Position numbers and translations under genes: made by a program
NCBI GenBank assembly: GCA_040285745.1
Contig: JAUFOR010000008.1
Coordinates: 1,860,001-1,924,000 of the forward strand
From: Barthelona sp. PCE
Lineage: Eukaryota
DNA: 64,000 nt
Direction: 5' to 3'
Notes under the pieces: model-generated
Seen by the model: the letters and a program-made list of their open reading frames with translations, nothing else
The model's database searches: none
What the model was told of the DNA's origin: nothing
Shown here: positions 59,899 to 64,000 of the stretch, piece by piece
Position numbering within the stretch: the first letter of the stretch is position 1
Layout of the letters: every line of letters starts with the position of its first letter

Positions 59899-61689
59899 TT
59901 AGTTTTCAGTTTTAGGGAGAGTGTCCGGCACAACATCCTCAATGTCAACGTTCTCGTTGTTGACAAGTGTGGGGTTTGATGGCCAGTAGAAGGCCATTCC
60001 CGCACACAGACGCATTAAGTTCTCCTTGGCCATGGGGATGTCTTCCATGACTTGCACTAGATATGCCTCCATTCTGTCACGGGCAGCAGGCTCCTTAAGG
60101 TTCTCACTACGCGCCAGATCGCAAACACGATCTCCAGTGGAAACGACTTGAATGTCGTTTTCAGCAATAAATTCCTTGATTTGGGTTTCAGAGCAGAACA
60201 GCAGGGGACGTGCAACTGATATGTTCACTTCCTTCTGTGCGTCGCTTGTGTAAATCGCACGAATACCGTACGTCTGGGAACAGTGAGTTGTGTTCATGAA
60301 TGTGGTCTCGAGCTGATCGTCCAAGTTGTGACCGAGCACCAGATGTGTACCATTGACTTCCTCAATCTTTCCATACAGGTATCCACGTCTCAACTTTGAA
60401 CAGAGAGAACAAAGTGTGATACCGGGCTTGATGACACGTTTTGCGATATTTGAAACAGGACAACTGGTGACGTGGCATGTAACCTCCTCATTAACACCGG
60501 CCGTGTGGCGGGTCGCAATAGAGGGATCGAATCCAGTCATCTGGGGATCAAAAACACACGCAGATACATCAAACGGTTCATAATACTCATTGAAGTGAGG
60601 CTGCAGCTTAGTAAGGGTGTGCATGGCATGCAAAAGACAGACACTGTCCTTACCTCCGCTGAGACCGATCACGAAATGGGCCTTGGATTTGTCAGGGCGT
60701 TCGGTCATTGAAAAAATGTGCATTGCGCCAATGATGCGGCTCAAGATTTCGACTCTAAAGGTGGCAAGCCCGGCGTCGGTGTCAACACAGATGGAGTCAC
60801 CTTCAGCGAGAGCTCTCAGCTCATCCTCAATCGTGCCGAACAAATCGTCCGGGTACTTTACGGGATCAAACTGGTTATTGATCATTGTCATGATACTCTT
60901 ACCGAAGTTGTAAGGGACATTGCGGTCAACTCCGAGTGTCTGTTGATAGAGACCGTGGCCGTGCTTGAATTTCTCCTCAAAGTCATGATACATAAACTCA
61001 CCTTCACGCAGCATGTCTGTGGAGTTCAGGCCCTTGCTGAGGAAGTATCTAAGGTCCTGGTTTGTGTAACGCATGAATGGGAGATCGATGGTGCGCTGCT
61101 TCATGTAACATAAGAATGGCAGGTATTCTGCACGCTCCATTGCGTACTGCAGAACGACAGGGGAGATGTTTCCGCTTGTATACGGCAACCAAATCATCAT
61201 GGAGATATCGTCTGTGCCATAAAGAGCTGTAACACGTTCGTCAATTTGATTAGAAAAACTGTTCCAAACAGAGTACTCTGAGTAAATCTCGGGAATACCA
61301 TCAATATCAATAACACCTGCGCGCTTCATGAAGTTGGCCCAGATATCAAATATCGAGAAGTCGATTTGATCGATAAGACGAGTTGTTTCAATGGGAATGG
61401 AATCTGGAATACGTGCCAGCACAAGGCGTGGATGTGAAAGGTGTGATTGGTGTTGACGATATGCAAGGTATGCAAGAGCATATGACTGAAGACTACCATC
61501 AAAGGGAACTACAACAACTACATTATTGGACTTTTCAGCTGCCTCATTGATTCCTTTAATGCCACAAACCGTTGCCTTTGGTAACTTGAAAGCCTTTCTC
61601 ATTGTCTTAAGAAGTTTCTTACGTTGTTTGTCGTTGAACAATTCCAAATTTGGTGTTCCATTGTTTTCAGTATTTTGAATAAACTCCAT
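59899..61689 (-). CDS. TtcA/Ctu1-family PP-loop tRNA thiolation enzyme with long N-terminal extension
   Basis: IGLSGGKDS, CSLCSKLRRGYLY, LGHNLDDQLETTFMN, RPLL. Confidence 0.85.
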   Translation of the reverse strand: MEFIQNTENNGTPNLELFNDKQRKKLLKTMRKAFKLPKATVCGIKGINEAAEKSNNVVVVVPFDGSLQSYALAYLAYRQHQSHLSHPRLVLARIPDSIPIETTRLIDQIDFSIFDIWANFMKRAGVIDIDGIPEIYSEYSVWNSFSNQIDERVTALYGTDDISMMIWLPYTSGNISPVVLQYAMERAEYLPFLCYMKQRTIDLPFMRYTNQDLRYFLSKGLNSTDMLREGEFMYHDFEEKFKHGHGLYQQTLGVDRNVPYNFGKSIMTMINNQFDPVKYPDDLFGTIEDELRALAEGDSICVDTDAGLATFRVEILSRIIGAMHIFSMTERPDKSKAHFVIGLSGGKDSVCLLHAMHTLTKLQPHFNEYYEPFDVSACVFDPQMTGFDPSIATRHTAGVNEEVTCHVTSCPVSNIAKRVIKPGITLCSLCSKLRRGYLYGKIEEVNGTHLVLGHNLDDQLETTFMNTTHCSQTYGIRAIYTSDAQKEVNISVARPLLFCSETQIKEFIAENDIQVVSTGDRVCDLARSENLKEPAARDRMEAYLVQVMEDIPMAKENLMRLCAGMAFYWPSNPTLVNNENVDIEDVVPDTLPKTEN

Positions 61690-61880
61690 GTTAGTTTTAC
61701 GAACCTTTGAGTGTGATTAGTGCGAGAAAGGGATAGAAAAAGGAATTTGACAATTAAAAAGTGAAGCTTCTGAATGGAAAGCAGTTTACACTGAAGACAA
61801 CCGAATCCTTGTAATGTTATTCAAACTATAACTTCACCATGATTGGGAAAGCTGAAAAACGAGTTGAAGTTTTTAAAATT

Positions 61881-64000
61881 TTATTGTTTTGCTAGTTCAA
61901 ACTTTGAACAGAATGGGATGTTAAATACTAGTATTTTGCCCGTTTCTAGCGAACAGAACATGACTGCAGACTCCACATTATTGTGTACGTGGATAGCTAC
62001 AATAGACTGACTGGTCTTCTTCAGTATAACCTGTTCCTCCAATGTAAATGCGTCAAGAACGATACACTTGCCGTTGTTTGTACACGCAATTAGGTATGAA
62101 CCGAATAGCGTTGTGCATGTCAAGTTATGCACATTTGTTGATATTATGTGGTGACCATTATACGTAAACAATGTCACTAAACCACTCTTGTAGACCACAA
62201 TGAAGTAATTCTCGAGCGTGAATATTTCGTGGACAGGGTCAGTGACCTGTAAATCGATGCATCTCAGAAGACGGCCTGAAAATAAAGAATGTATGAGGAT
62301 AGAACCATCAATAGCTCCTGAAATGACAACGTCCAGATCGAATGACGCCTTGACAGCGCTGATCCCATCGTTGTGACCCAGCAGCATGTGTAGAGGGCGA
62401 GATAAGACCATTCCCTGATGTAATTGCCAGACGTAGCATGATGTATCCATCGATCCTGTAATGAGGAATCGCGACTTCTCATCGAAGCTAACAGCAGTGA
62501 CGGGTGCCCTGTGCATCGCGAGGGATTGAATCAAGTTTCCATTGTTGTAGTCAAACAGACGGACGCTTGAATCCCACAACCCACCAATAACAATTATGCC
62601 AGCGTCATCGCAAACATCAAAGATACGGCGGCCCTTGTTCACGTCAATGAACTGACAAACGTGGTTTGGCCGGAGCGCTAGTAATACTTTATGGTAGTTG
62701 TGTTGGAAATGGAGTGGGAGCGCTTCTTCAAAATTACTGTGATTGACAATAGCGGCTGCCTCAATCTTGTGCATACATATCCACATGTCACGAGTAACAC
62801 TCAAAAGAATATCGTTTTTGAATCGTATACCATCGGCAAGATCTGTACTGAACGAGAAGATGGGCTTTATGCTGGTGATATTTGGCACAAACGCATCAGT
62901 ACGCTCATTTAGCGGCAGACGCTGAACATGGGGTGTATCCAGCAGTAGTGTTGGAGTTTGGCCGAAGGAGAGAAGTTCTTCCACCGACGGTTTCCATTCA
63001 CCCTTGAAGTCTGCAGCGTATGTTGCAGGCTTGAACAGGTTCTTTGCCTCACGAGCAGCCTCTCCACGCGACTGGTGACCGAATATTAAATCAATCCAAC
63101 GGTGGAGGTTGGCGCTTACATACTCGCTCTCAAGTGCAGCACGCATCGTTCGAATGAATGTATGCGGTGAGCCCTTGGCCCACGGCGGAAGATGCACATT
63201 ACTTATGTCAAGGATCTCACCCTCTGGTGTCTCCACGTCGCCGAAGAAAATGTTGTTTCCATTTAGCAGACAGTCGACCAAGTAGTAAAATTCGGGGATC
63301 AACTCTCTGTTATCTGCCTGGCTCATATTAATGGTCTCGAAAGCATCCGATAGTGAGTGGAACAGACGGCTGGGGTGATCAAAATGTCCAGACTGGAACT
63401 TAACATGGAGAGTCATAAATGGCTCAAGGCGAACCAAGAAAAGCATTACATATGCAGGTGTGGAGTAGTGCGATCCGTGTTGGTACCTGAGTTCCGGATC
63501 TGGGTGCGTGTACGGGAAACGTTCATCTAATTTTGCGTACTTTGAAGGATCAAGTGCAGCCATTGGCTTACTCAAATCTCTAAAGATTTTGGGATCGGAT
63601 AGATCAAGATCCTCGCTCTCAAAGTCAACAATTGTCCACGGAAACACCGGGTATTGTCCCAATGAGTTGTAGGATCGTCCTGAAAGTGTATTAAGGTGCA
63701 TAATGTAGTCGAAGTTCGAAATATCACCGCGTTGCCACGCTTCAGTCATCGCAGAATTCTCAAAGGCGTCCATTGCATTTAGAGGCACGACATTCAGTTT
63801 TGTTAGGGCCATACCGTTGATACGCTTCCAAAAGAGATCTCTCTTCTTTTTGGAGTCAAAACTGATGAAGTAACTCGCACGCGTCTCGAGGAAAAGCTCA
63901 ACTGCTGTGGGGTGAGCAAGGTAGTTGCGCGGGTACACGTGTCTGATGTGCTCTAAATCCACATGGAAGTCAGATGCAACGGTGATCTGTGTTGAATCAA
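61881..64000 (-). CDS. PH-BEACH-WD40 protein (neurobeachin/LvsA-like); 5'-partial
   Basis: WQRGDISNFDYIMHLNTLSGRSYNSLGQYPVFPW, HGSHYST, ELIPEFYY, LPPWA, ALESEYVS, FGQTP, WD40 repeats. Confidence 0.95.
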   Translation of the reverse strand, partial: DSTQITVASDFHVDLEHIRHVYPRNYLAHPTAVELFLETRASYFISFDSKKKRDLFWKRINGMALTKLNVVPLNAMDAFENSAMTEAWQRGDISNFDYIMHLNTLSGRSYNSLGQYPVFPWTIVDFESEDLDLSDPKIFRDLSKPMAALDPSKYAKLDERFPYTHPDPELRYQHGSHYSTPAYVMLFLVRLEPFMTLHVKFQSGHFDHPSRLFHSLSDAFETINMSQADNRELIPEFYYLVDCLLNGNNIFFGDVETPEGEILDISNVHLPPWAKGSPHTFIRTMRAALESEYVSANLHRWIDLIFGHQSRGEAAREAKNLFKPATYAADFKGEWKPSVEELLSFGQTPTLLLDTPHVQRLPLNERTDAFVPNITSIKPIFSFSTDLADGIRFKNDILLSVTRDMWICMHKIEAAAIVNHSNFEEALPLHFQHNYHKVLLALRPNHVCQFIDVNKGRRIFDVCDDAGIIVIGGLWDSSVRLFDYNNGNLIQSLAMHRAPVTAVSFDEKSRFLITGSMDTSCYVWQLHQGMVLSRPLHMLLGHNDGISAVKASFDLDVVISGAIDGSILIHSLFSGRLLRCIDLQVTDPVHEIFTLENYFIVVYKSGLVTLFTYNGHHIISTNVHNLTCTTLFGSYLIACTNNGKCIVLDAFTLEEQVILKKTSQSIVAIHVHNNVESAVMFCSLETGKILVFNIPFCSKFELAKQ

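Overview
Gene-dense, intron-poor eukaryotic DNA using the standard genetic code (family-consistent C-termini end in TAA, TAG or TGA). It probably comes from a flagellated protist with a compact genome: it carries ciliary genes (dynein-HC-like, ZMYND10, CFAP99) and has metamonad-like fused branch-point/3' splice sites. The taxon is inference only. There are about 36 protein genes, including POLD3, BROX-like, CAF-1 p150, SCY1-like, reticulon, NOMO-like, DCP2, UTP11, ISY1, RPLP0, EXO70, EFR3-like, IRE1, DSS1/SEM1, SLC44/CTL, a catalytically degenerate SMC, BRCA2, a TtcA-family enzyme and a BEACH-WD40 protein. All gene calls rest on motif recognition by eye. Five things are not explained by the ORF track. 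(1) Four spliceosomal introns share a fixed CT(A/T)A(C/T)-ANNNAG 3' end and fold internally. (2) An unannotated ~255-nt, strongly base-paired element lies at 33934-34189. (3) At several junctions, a sense codon followed by a stop links an upstream ATG or homologous segment to the +1 frame; the clearest cases are BRCA2 and POLD3. This is a candidate Euplotes-like stop-induced frameshifting system, but it could equally be assembly indels or decay. (4) A 54-bp coding minisatellite sits where BRCA2 BRC repeats are expected. (5) An ATPase-dead short SMC lies head-to-head with BRCA2. No tRNA, rRNA, CRISPR array or autonomous transposon was recognised.
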